NCBI GenBank assembly: GCA_038109325.1
Contig: JAYNIS010000001.1
Location: 1-43,801, forward strand
Direction: 5' to 3'
DNA length: 43,801 nucleotides
DNA from: Gammaproteobacteria bacterium
GTDB lineage: Bacteria > Pseudomonadota > Gammaproteobacteria > Pseudomonadales > Litorivicinaceae
Made by a program: the position numbers and the translations under genes. Each line of letters begins with the position of its first letter. The stretch's first letter is position 1. Of this stretch, positions 12,512 through 20,767 are shown in pieces. The notes below the pieces were generated by a model. That model saw only the letters and a list, made by a program, of their open reading frames with translations, did not search any database and was not told where the DNA came from.

Positions 12512-13287
12512 AATTAGTTTGGACTCTGGTCTTTTCATTGGTCTCATCGGTCGCTGCTGCGGCTGGTGGGTCTGGTTACCCGCTTGAGCACGTCGAGCCT
12601 GATTATGATGACAAAGCGTCGTTACAGCGCGGGTTGGCGACCTATACGCACTACTGCATGGGTTGTCATTCCTTGAGTTATCAGCGCTATGAGCGAACGG
12701 CCTCTGATCTGGGTATTGATTCGGATGTCATGGTTGAAACGATTGTTCCATCGGACAAGAAAATCGGTGATTTGGGCACGATTGCGATGCCATCGAAAGG
12801 TGCTGCGGAGTGGTTCGGAGCACCACCACCTGACCTTACACTTGTGACCCGCAAGCGTTCGCCAGAGTGGGTGTATACCTATATGAAGACATTCTACGTT
12901 GATCCATCACGGCCACTTGGTGTGAACAACAAAGTTTTCCCGAAAGTAGGTATGCCGCACGTACTTGAGCCGCTTCAGGGCGTTCAACGCACAGTGTGTA
13001 AAGAAGCGCCGATTCGTGTGAACGGAACCGTGCAAACTGATTCAATTTCGGGGCAGCCACTCACTGAGAATCAGTGTGGTATTCTTGAAGTTGTTGATGG
13101 CACTGGGAAATTAACACCGGCGGAATACGATCAGTTGATCTACGATCTGGTAAACTTTCTCGAATATGTTGGTGAGCCTTCCAAAGCGAAAGCGCATGAC
13201 ATGGGCATATATGTGTTGTTGTTTATCATGCTCTTCTTTGTATTTGCGTACTTGTTGAAGCGTGAATATTGGAAGGACGTGCACTAA
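12508..13287 (+). CDS. petC: Cytochrome c1
   Basis: ATG 12508 overlaps the petB stop; signal peptide, CMGCH heme motif, PPDLTL, GMPHVL and a C-terminal TM anchor. Confidence 0.97.
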   Translation: MKLVWTLVFSLVSSVAAAAGGSGYPLEHVEPDYDDKASLQRGLATYTHYCMGCHSLSYQRYERTASDLGIDSDVMVETIVPSDKKIGDLGTIAMPSKGAAEWFGAPPPDLTLVTRKRSPEWVYTYMKTFYVDPSRPLGVNNKVFPKVGMPHVLEPLQGVQRTVCKEAPIRVNGTVQTDSISGQPLTENQCGILEVVDGTGKLTPAEYDQLIYDLVNFLEYVGEPSKAKAHDMGIYVLLFIMLFFVFAYLLKREYWKDVH

Positions 13288-13311
13288 GCACCACCAAGCC
13301 TAAGTTCTACG

Positions 13312-13337
13312 AACAGCCGGCTTACGCCGGCTGTTTT
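13312..13337 (+). terminator. Rho-independent terminator-like hairpin after petC
   Basis: AACAGCCGGC-TTAC-GCCGGCTGTT followed by TT. Confidence 0.75.
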
Positions 13338-13363
13338 GTCTGTTTACGGAGATTGAAATACTT

Positions 13364-13999
13364 ATGTCACTCGTGACGAAACGCTCAACCATGACCTTTT
13401 TCTCAGATCCAACCGATCACCTGTCTCATCGTGTACGTATCGTGTTGGCGGAAAAAGGAGTAACTGTCGATATCGTTGATTGCGATCCGGATGACATTCC
13501 AGAAGAAGTGTCAGAGATCAATCCATACAACAATCTTCCAACGCTCCTAGATCGTGATTTGGTGCTCTACGAACCCAATATCATGATGGAATATTTAGAC
13601 GAACGGTTTCCGCATCCACCTCTGCTTCCTGTCTATCCGGTGGCGCGCGCGAATGCGCGGATGTTTTTGCATCGTATTGAGAAAGAGTGGACTCCGCTGA
13701 TCCGTACAATCGAAGCTGCAAAGCGTAACAACAAGCGATCGCCTTCGGCTGCAAAAGAGCTGAAAGAGCAATTGGTTGCGGTTGCTCCAATCTTTGAGGA
13801 AATGCCGTATTTCATGAGTGAAGAATTTTCACTTGTTGACTGCACTGTCGCTCCAATTTTGTGGCGTTTACCGCATTTAGGCATTGAATTACCGTCGAAA
13901 CAAACTCGCGGACTGCAAGATTATCAATATCGCATGTTTAACCGGGATGCATTCCAGGCAAGTCTGTCTGAGGCGGAGCGGGAAATGCCCCGTACTTAA
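13364..13999 (+). CDS. sspA: Stringent starvation protein A (GST fold)
   Basis: SHRVRIVLAEKGV, MEYLDERFPHPPLLPVYPV and APILWRL motifs. Confidence 0.97.
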   Translation: MSLVTKRSTMTFFSDPTDHLSHRVRIVLAEKGVTVDIVDCDPDDIPEEVSEINPYNNLPTLLDRDLVLYEPNIMMEYLDERFPHPPLLPVYPVARANARMFLHRIEKEWTPLIRTIEAAKRNNKRSPSAAKELKEQLVAVAPIFEEMPYFMSEEFSLVDCTVAPILWRLPHLGIELPSKQTRGLQDYQYRMFNRDAFQASLSEAEREMPRT

Positions 14000-14002
14000 T
14001 CA

Positions 14003-14452
14003 ATGGCCCTCGGCTCCTCACGTCCCTATTTGATACGCGCTCTCTATGACTGGATCGTCGATGGGGGCGAGGATCCCTATGTGGTCGTGGATTGTTTCTA
14101 TCCGGGCGTTGAAGTCCCAGAGTCACACGTCAAAGATGGACAGATTGTTTTGAATCTTGCTCCGCGAGCCTTGAACGCTTGGAATATGGCCGATTTTGGG
14201 TTGATGTTTCAGACGCGTTTTGGCGGTATACCAACAGATTTGGTATTACCTTACGGGTCGATTACCGCCATTTACGGCAAAGAATCTGGGCTTGGCATGG
14301 CGTTCGGGCAAGAGCCTGGCGGTGTGCCTGAATTACCAGACGCTAATGCACCGACCCCAATATTTGAGCCTGTTAAAGACGAGGAGTCAGTCGACCCTGA
14401 GCACCCGAAGCGCGAGCGGCCGGCATTGCGTATCGTGAAAACAGACGACTAA
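14003..14452 (+). CDS. sspB: ClpXP adaptor SspB
   Basis: SRPYLIRALYDWIVD, KDGQIVLN, RFGG and C-terminal ClpX-binding PALRIVK motifs. Confidence 0.96.
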   Translation: MALGSSRPYLIRALYDWIVDGGEDPYVVVDCFYPGVEVPESHVKDGQIVLNLAPRALNAWNMADFGLMFQTRFGGIPTDLVLPYGSITAIYGKESGLGMAFGQEPGGVPELPDANAPTPIFEPVKDEESVDPEHPKRERPALRIVKTDD

Positions 14453-15021
14453 TCGATATATTCAAATACGCGGACGATACGCTTCACTCCGCGCACCGAA
14501 CTCACCACATTTTCCAGTGCAGCAGCTTCAGTCTTCGATACGAAGCCCATGATATAGACCACGCTGTTTTCTGTGGTAATCAAAGTCCGTTGATAGACAT
14601 TCCGTCCGAGGTCCCTCAAAACGATCGCCTTGATCTGTGTTGAGATGGTTAGATCATTGATCTCGGAAATGATCGTTGCTTTACCTGCGATCTCAAGTTG
14701 GTTAATCACCCGAACAACGCCTCGGTGCTGCGTAGCCACTTTTTCTGCCATCTGTCTGGCATCTTCAGATGGCACTTGACCCGCAATCAAAACGACGCCG
14801 TTATACACCTTGACGTTGATGTTGCTGACTTTGAGTTCAGGGGACGCTTTCTTTAGATTCACTGCAATCGTAATTTCAGCACTTTCATCATCAATGAACT
14901 GCCCTGCAGTGCGGCTTCCCCGATTATCAGAGATTGGCTCGGATGTCGTCGAATCAATGACAGTCGCACAGCCTGTGAATAGACCCAGTACGAGCGTTGC
15001 TGAAATCAAAGGAAACCGCAT
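14449..15021 (-). CDS. dolP: Dual-BON-domain lipoprotein DolP/YraP
   Basis: Lipobox FTGC; RTAGQFIDD; two BON repeats; ends VRVFEYID; the start could be ATG 15021 or 15024 after AGGAG. Confidence 0.88.
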   Translation of the reverse strand: MRFPLISATLVLGLFTGCATVIDSTTSEPISDNRGSRTAGQFIDDESAEITIAVNLKKASPELKVSNINVKVYNGVVLIAGQVPSEDARQMAEKVATQHRGVVRVINQLEIAGKATIISEINDLTISTQIKAIVLRDLGRNVYQRTLITTENSVVYIMGFVSKTEAAALENVVSSVRGVKRIVRVFEYID

Positions 15022-15036
15022 CATCAACTCCTTGGC

Positions 15037-15627
15037 TTAGCCAAATATTTGTAAATCAATTAATTCACTCAAGCAATGCACCAGCATTAAATGTTGCTCT
15101 CGCACCGTTGTTGGATGGTCAGAGTTTACTCGAATCTCTGTGTCCCCGTAATTAAGCAAGGGCGAAATCTCTCCACCCTCTCCGCCCGTGAGGGCAACCA
15201 CAGATAATTCAAGCTCATGGGCTGCCACTACAGCTTCTACCAGACTCGAGTATGTACCTGTAGCTGATACGATGAGCATGCTATCGCCTACCTTACCGAG
15301 GGCCTTCACTTGCCGCGAATATTTCTCCGAGCGGGATTCGTCAGTGAGTGAGCTCATCGTGATGGCATCGGCGTTTAGCGCAATTGCTGGAAGTCCTGGT
15401 CGATCTCGTTCAAATCGATGCATAAGATGCGTAGCAAAGATTTGGCCAATTGCAGCCGATGAGCCGGTGCCGACAACGAGAATTTTTCCATCATTCAATA
15501 TGCAGTCAGCCAATTGCTTTGCTGCTGTCACCAGACGCGGCGTGAGCTCAAAGCTTTGTTGTAGCGCGTCGGTCGCTTTTGCAATCCGCATCGCGATCCG
15601 CTCTTCGAAGACCTCATTGTTCTGCAT
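15037..15627 (-). CDS. diaA: SIS-domain GmhA/DiaA-family protein, DiaA-like with degenerate isomerase site
   Basis: RFERDRPGLPAIALN, YSRQVKALG and VALTG..GG motifs; occupies the diaA/gmhA slot between lpoA and dolP. Confidence 0.7.
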   Translation of the reverse strand: MQNNEVFEERIAMRIAKATDALQQSFELTPRLVTAAKQLADCILNDGKILVVGTGSSAAIGQIFATHLMHRFERDRPGLPAIALNADAITMSSLTDESRSEKYSRQVKALGKVGDSMLIVSATGTYSSLVEAVVAAHELELSVVALTGGEGGEISPLLNYGDTEIRVNSDHPTTVREQHLMLVHCLSELIDLQIFG

Positions 15628-17608
15628 CAAGTAACTCCGATTGCAGTAGTGACGGGAGAGGCTCCCAACGATTTGCGATGACTTCCTGATCGTTTGTAAT
15701 CTGAATTGAAGAGAGCTGCCGATGGATCATGGAATCAGACCCCAAGGACAGGTAGCCAGTTTGACCTTGAATAGAGGTTGGCCCGCCAAAGCCGAGTTGC
15801 ATCGTCATATGCATTGCATCAATCCCAACACCAAGCAAAGATCCAAATACACCCCGTGCATTCGCTCGTTCCGCTAACACTTGTTTCTCGTTAGTTCCTA
15901 AGTCCCATGGCGTCACCATCAAATGGCTATTGCGAAGATCTTCGGCAATGTTGACGAGGTCAGGTCGGTAGGCGCCAATCAAATATACCGGTGTTTCATC
16001 CAGATAATAGAATTCCATTAATGGACGGATTTGTTGTGCTTTTTTTGGATCGGTATGAACGACGATCGCAGTCATGTCTTGTCGAATTCTGGGTGTATGT
16101 TCAAGCCGAAGACCAAGCGTCTTTGATAATTCACGCCGCCGATTTTCGCTGTCGTTAACACCAAAAGCTTGAGGGATTGCCGTTTCAGGTTTTTTTGCAT
16201 CGAGTGCAAACTCTCCACCTGATGATCCGCCGATGAAGGTAAGTTGCTCAACAACCGCTTCCGCGGCCCGAAGCCCCAACGGCGAGTCTGTATATAATAT
16301 AACAACGTGTGGGCGTTGTATTTCGCGCGCAATTTGATTGACCGCTGACTTGGCGTCATCCTCGATCGCTAAGCTCAAGCTGTAGGCTGGAGCTATGAGA
16401 TCCGGTGAGTCGGTCTTGATGTGATTTAAAACTAAAACGGGTAAGCGAGGTTTGGATTCAAGTAATGCAACGACTTTATCTTTTTGCAGGGGGCCGATGA
16501 TGAACTCGGATTGAGTGGATTGTCCAATTGCTGTCAGTTCGTCGCGAGACAGCTTTTCTGTATCAATAATCCGCAGAGCAACGCCAAATTCAGAGCGTCG
16601 CCTTTGGTATTCAAATAACATCCCGTCGCGGATAGCACGCCCAGCATTTCCGAGATCACCGGACAAGGGAAGTAAGACAGTCACATCAAAGTCTTTAGGG
16701 GGCTCAACAGCGGTTAAGAAGTCGTAATCTTGCAAGCCGGCTCGAAGTAATGGGTGCGTTCGATACTTTCTCAGCCAGCGTAATATCCCATCTTCACTGG
16801 GTACCTTCTTCAGAAGAAGGGCGTGCGCCATGCCAGCGAGCACGTCAGTTCCAGCTCTCAGATCTTGAAGTATCCGTTCCGGTAACTCTTCAAGCTCGCC
16901 AAGGATCTGTCGTGATACAGCATTAAGTGCGTTGTCGTTAAGATACCGCAACCTTTCAGCATCGAAACGAAGTGCGGCAATCGACATATTGAGTTGTCGG
17001 TAGGCCTGACCTTTGATGCGTAGCAGATCAGCCCGCTGTTCTTTTGAAAGCGATTTCGGGTTAATCGTATTGATCGTTAGGATGGCAAGTTCAGGTTCAT
17101 TCCGAGACAGTTTTTCGGACGCTACCTCAATCGGGTTTTCAAGGACTGGTGCAGTGTCGATCTGAGGCTCAACATCACTTGTTGTCGTTGGCGCGGGTTC
17201 AGATGTTTCAAAAGGGATGACTGAATCCTCTGGCACCACAGGAGTTTCAACAATCGGCTGGATTGCAGGCGCAACGTCCAGTGGAATCGCTCCTGCGTGA
17301 TCAGGCGTTACCGACAGTGCCGGTTTAGCACCCTTAGATTCTTGTTCTTGGCGTGTGACAGGAGACAGCTCTGTCCTCCCAATTTCACGAGAACTTCGAT
17401 TCCAGTCAATTTGCTCAGGAACCAGGGGTTTCTGGTCGGCTTTAGCCGGCTCATTGACCGGTGGGGGTGCGCTCGGTGAGATCTCTGGTTTCGGAATTTC
17501 GGTAACAGGTGGCTTCACTTGCTGTGGGCATCCTGCAATCAATGCAAGACTCAATAAAGCGCTTGTTCTAATAATGGTTTTTCGTGCAGGCTTTAAGAGA
17601 AACAACAA
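15614..17608 (-). CDS. lpoA: Penicillin-binding protein activator LpoA (LppC family lipoprotein)
   Basis: Lipobox LIAGC; VLLPLSG, AIRDG, IIGPLQK, PRIRQD and GQTGYL motifs; divergent from rsmI; TTG start uncertain. Confidence 0.88.
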   Translation of the reverse strand: MLFLLKPARKTIIRTSALLSLALIAGCPQQVKPPVTEIPKPEISPSAPPPVNEPAKADQKPLVPEQIDWNRSSREIGRTELSPVTRQEQESKGAKPALSVTPDHAGAIPLDVAPAIQPIVETPVVPEDSVIPFETSEPAPTTTSDVEPQIDTAPVLENPIEVASEKLSRNEPELAILTINTINPKSLSKEQRADLLRIKGQAYRQLNMSIAALRFDAERLRYLNDNALNAVSRQILGELEELPERILQDLRAGTDVLAGMAHALLLKKVPSEDGILRWLRKYRTHPLLRAGLQDYDFLTAVEPPKDFDVTVLLPLSGDLGNAGRAIRDGMLFEYQRRRSEFGVALRIIDTEKLSRDELTAIGQSTQSEFIIGPLQKDKVVALLESKPRLPVLVLNHIKTDSPDLIAPAYSLSLAIEDDAKSAVNQIAREIQRPHVVILYTDSPLGLRAAEAVVEQLTFIGGSSGGEFALDAKKPETAIPQAFGVNDSENRRRELSKTLGLRLEHTPRIRQDMTAIVVHTDPKKAQQIRPLMEFYYLDETPVYLIGAYRPDLVNIAEDLRNSHLMVTPWDLGTNEKQVLAERANARGVFGSLLGVGIDAMHMTMQLGFGGPTSIQGQTGYLSLGSDSMIHRQLSSIQITNDQEVIANRWEPLPSLLQSELLDAEQ

Positions 17609-17623
17609 AATTGGGTACCTAAA

Positions 17624-18484
17624 GTGTCACAAGATCAACAGGCTAACACTCTACCATCAGCGCTCTACGTTGTCGCAATGCCGATCGGCCAGTGGGGTGA
17701 TCTCTCCCCACGTGCGATTGATGTGTTAGGACATGTTGATGTGATTTTAGCTGAAGATACTCGCGTCAGTGGACAGATTTTAAAGTCTGTAGGTGTGTCG
17801 ACGCGGATGGTGTCCCTCAATGCACACTCCGAAGCTGGAAAAGCCGACCGAGTAATTGAGTCTTTAGAATCGGGACAGTCGCTCGCGCTAATTTCAGATG
17901 CGGGCACACCTGGAATTAGCGACCCGGGACGCTTGCTGGTCGATAAGGTGGTTGAGAACGGCTTTCAAGTGATTCCTGTCCCAGGGCCTTCCGCATTAAC
18001 GGCAGCGTTATCAGTCAGTAGTTTTCCCGCGGCTCCGTCGCATTTCTTTGGCTTTATCTCAACGAAATCCAGTGCACGAGACCAAGATCTCGACCGCGCT
18101 CTCTCTCTTGATGGAACTCTCATTTTTTACGAGGCTCCGCATCGGATTGTGGACTTTGCAGAACGATTGGATCAAAAAGCTCTGGGGCGAAAGGTGTTAT
18201 TTGCCCGTGAGCTCACGAAAACGCACGAGCAATTGATTCGTGTAGTTGCTGGTGGGTGCGCGGACTGGTTTGCGGCGAATCCTGATCGAATTCGAGGTGA
18301 ATTTGTTGTCTTGGTGGGGCCTGCCAACACTGAGCGCACGCCATCAAGCGTAGATGCGGATCAGATTCTTCGCGTGCTGACTCGTGAATTACCGCCATCA
18401 AAAGCAGCCGCAATAGCTGCTGAACTGACAGGAATCCCTAAGCGAATCTTATATCGTCAATTGACTGGTGGGTATGAAGCGTAG
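17624..18484 (+). CDS. rsmI: 16S rRNA (cytidine1402-2'-O)-methyltransferase
   Basis: AEDTR, SDAGTPGISDPG, PVPGPSA, YEAPHR and ARELTK motifs; canonical position before rnpB. Confidence 0.96.
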   Translation: MSQDQQANTLPSALYVVAMPIGQWGDLSPRAIDVLGHVDVILAEDTRVSGQILKSVGVSTRMVSLNAHSEAGKADRVIESLESGQSLALISDAGTPGISDPGRLLVDKVVENGFQVIPVPGPSALTAALSVSSFPAAPSHFFGFISTKSSARDQDLDRALSLDGTLIFYEAPHRIVDFAERLDQKALGRKVLFARELTKTHEQLIRVVAGGCADWFAANPDRIRGEFVVLVGPANTERTPSSVDADQILRVLTRELPPSKAAAIAAELTGIPKRILYRQLTGGYEA

Positions 18485-18489
18485 ACACT
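18461..18489 (+). promoter_or_regulatory. Candidate rnpB promoter overlapping the rsmI 3' end
   Basis: TTGACT(18461)-17 bp-GACACT(18484); predicted start about 18496 coincides with the first base of RNase P helix P1. Confidence 0.6.
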
Positions 18490-18495
18490 GCACGT

Positions 18496-18830
<335 letters not shown>

Positions 18831-18984
18831 AAATTTTCTCCACCTTACCCCACTTCTGAAATCACAGTGTTTTCATGCGTTTTTTCACGCATTTATCAAA
18901 TTAATTTTTCCATATTTTTTAATATCTTGAAGTTTAGTTTGAATAACCGGATTCAGAGTCTATGCGTTCTTTCTCCGTCATGAT

Positions 18985-19013
18985 TTGACTGTACTTGGGT
19001 GGGTAAATAGAGT
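18985..19013 (+). promoter_or_regulatory. Sigma-70 promoter of the dcw operon (Pmra)
   Basis: TTGACT(18985)-17 bp-TAGAGT(19008). Confidence 0.75.
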
Positions 19014-19019
19014 TTTGAT

Positions 19020-19044
19020 GTGGGAGAAGGTGGTGAATTGTGGG
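19020..19044 (+). promoter_or_regulatory. MraZ operator: three GTGG(G/T) boxes with 10-bp period
   Basis: GTGGG 19020, GTGGT 19030, GTGGG 19040, plus another GTGGG at 18999 in the promoter spacer; matches known MraZ TGGG-type direct repeats. Confidence 0.85.
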
Positions 19045-19086
19045 TAAAACTGTCGTGTTGACTCAGAATTGACCGAGGAGAGGACA

Positions 19087-19542
19087 ATGTTTCGCGGGAT
19101 TAACCCGATCAATTTGGATGCGAAAGGGCGTGTAGCGTTGCCGGCTAAGTACCGCGACCGCGTGACCGACCGTTGTGATGGCCATATGGTCCTCACCGTG
19201 CATCCGTTCGACCACTGCCTTCTGCTGTATCCGCTTGCTGACTGGGAAGTGATTGAGTCCCAAGTTAATGCACTCCCGAATTCAACGAGTCGTCAGGCTC
19301 GTCGCCTTCAGCACCTCATGGTCGGTTATGCGACTGAACTTGATTTAGATGCGGCAAATCGTCTTCTCCTCCCTGCGATGCACCGAGATCACGCTGAACT
19401 TGATAAACGATTGATCTTGGTGGGCCAAGGTCAGAAGTTCGAGATCTGGAGCGAGGCGCGCTGGACTTCGATGACAGAGGCATACCTCAACGAATCAGTT
19501 GATGAAGATGGGTCTGTCGAATTGATTAATTTGTCGCTTTAA
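19087..19542 (+). CDS. mraZ: Division/cell wall cluster transcriptional repressor MraZ
   Basis: ATG 19087 after GAGGA; MFRG..INLDAKGR, LLLYP and GQGQKFEIWSE motifs. Confidence 0.97.
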   Translation: MFRGINPINLDAKGRVALPAKYRDRVTDRCDGHMVLTVHPFDHCLLLYPLADWEVIESQVNALPNSTSRQARRLQHLMVGYATELDLDAANRLLLPAMHRDHAELDKRLILVGQGQKFEIWSEARWTSMTEAYLNESVDEDGSVELINLSL

Positions 19543-19553
19543 GGGAGGGTGCG

Positions 19554-20480
19554 ATGAGTCACATGCCAGTGCTACTTCACGAAGCGCTGACCGGCCTCTG
19601 TATTCGGCGCGACGGGATTTATCTGGATTGCACATTTGGTCGCGGTGGTCACTCGCGTGCCATTTTGGCGGAGCTTGGCGAGAGTGGCCGACTGATTGGT
19701 CTTGATCGCGATCCATCAGCTGTTGCCGCTGCCAATGATCTTGCTCAAAAAGATTCGCGATTTGAAATTGTGCATACCGCCTTTTCCGAACTTGAATTTG
19801 CGCTCGACACGTGCTCGATCTGTCGCGTGAATGGCGTATTAATGGATTTGGGGGTGTCATCCCCTCAGCTCGATGAGGCCAAGCGTGGCTTTAGTTTTCA
19901 AGCGAATGGTCCTCTTGATATGCGGATGGATCCGACCTCGGGTGAGTCGGCCGCTGATTGGATCGCTCGTGCTGATGCCGATGAGATTGCGCATGTGCTG
20001 TGGGTTTTTGGGGAAGAGCGATTTTCGCGCAGAATCGCACGGGCAATTGTTGAGTCGCGCGACGTTGAGCCAATTGTTACGACGGCTCAGTTGAGCAAGA
20101 TTGTGAGTGATGCGCAGCCCAAAAAAGATCAGAACAAACATCCAGCCACGCGTGCTTTTCAAGCTATTCGGCTATACATCAATGGCGAGCTCTCCGAATT
20201 AGAGCAAGGTCTTGGGGCAGCAGTAAATCGGCTTGAAGTTGGCGGAAGACTGGCCGTGATTTCTTTCCATTCGTTGGAGGATCGCTTGGTCAAGCGGGCA
20301 TTGCGAGATGCCTCGCGTCCTCCGAAGGGTGATCCACGCATGCCTCTTCCTGAAAATGTTGCCAAGCCAAAACTGAAGCTTGTTGGCAAAGCAATCAAAG
20401 CTGGGCCTGACGAGCTTAGTGTGAATCCGCGTGCACGAAGTGCGGTCCTCCGCATTGCTGAACGGACGGAGGCGGCTTGA
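19554..20480 (+). CDS. rsmH: 16S rRNA (cytosine1402-N4)-methyltransferase
   Basis: HMPVLL, DCTFGRGGHS, DLGVSSPQLD, ISFHSLEDR and NPRARSA motifs. Confidence 0.98.
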   Translation: MSHMPVLLHEALTGLCIRRDGIYLDCTFGRGGHSRAILAELGESGRLIGLDRDPSAVAAANDLAQKDSRFEIVHTAFSELEFALDTCSICRVNGVLMDLGVSSPQLDEAKRGFSFQANGPLDMRMDPTSGESAADWIARADADEIAHVLWVFGEERFSRRIARAIVESRDVEPIVTTAQLSKIVSDAQPKKDQNKHPATRAFQAIRLYINGELSELEQGLGAAVNRLEVGGRLAVISFHSLEDRLVKRALRDASRPPKGDPRMPLPENVAKPKLKLVGKAIKAGPDELSVNPRARSAVLRIAERTEAA

Positions 20481-20767
20481 TGCAGTGGTTTCATCGCTCG
20501 GACATCTGGTTGTCGATCCTGCTGGTGACAAGCGTGGTTGTGACTTCGATTTACATTGTCGGAACAGCCTACCAGACACGTCAGTTGTATTCGTCGCTAC
20601 AAGAGCTTCGCGCGGAACGTGATCGGCTCACAATCGAATGGGGTCGCCTGATGCTCGAGCGTGGCGCGGTATCTGCTGATATGCGAATCGACGCGATGGC
20701 TCGTTACAGTTTATCGCTTGGTGCGCCTGAAACCGATGATGTGGTGTTAATGGTGCGTCCGCAATGA
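20480..20767 (+). CDS. ftsL: Cell division protein FtsL
   Basis: One TM helix then a coiled coil TRQL..ERDRLTIEWGRLMLE; lies between rsmH and ftsI. Confidence 0.92.
   Translation: MQWFHRSDIWLSILLVTSVVVTSIYIVGTAYQTRQLYSSLQELRAERDRLTIEWGRLMLERGAVSADMRIDAMARYSLSLGAPETDDVVLMVRPQ

Noticed and set aside
12985-13085. Cys-flanked insertion in cytochrome c1
   Set aside because: A comparable disulfide-closed loop occurs in Pseudomonas-type cytochrome c1, so it is not novel
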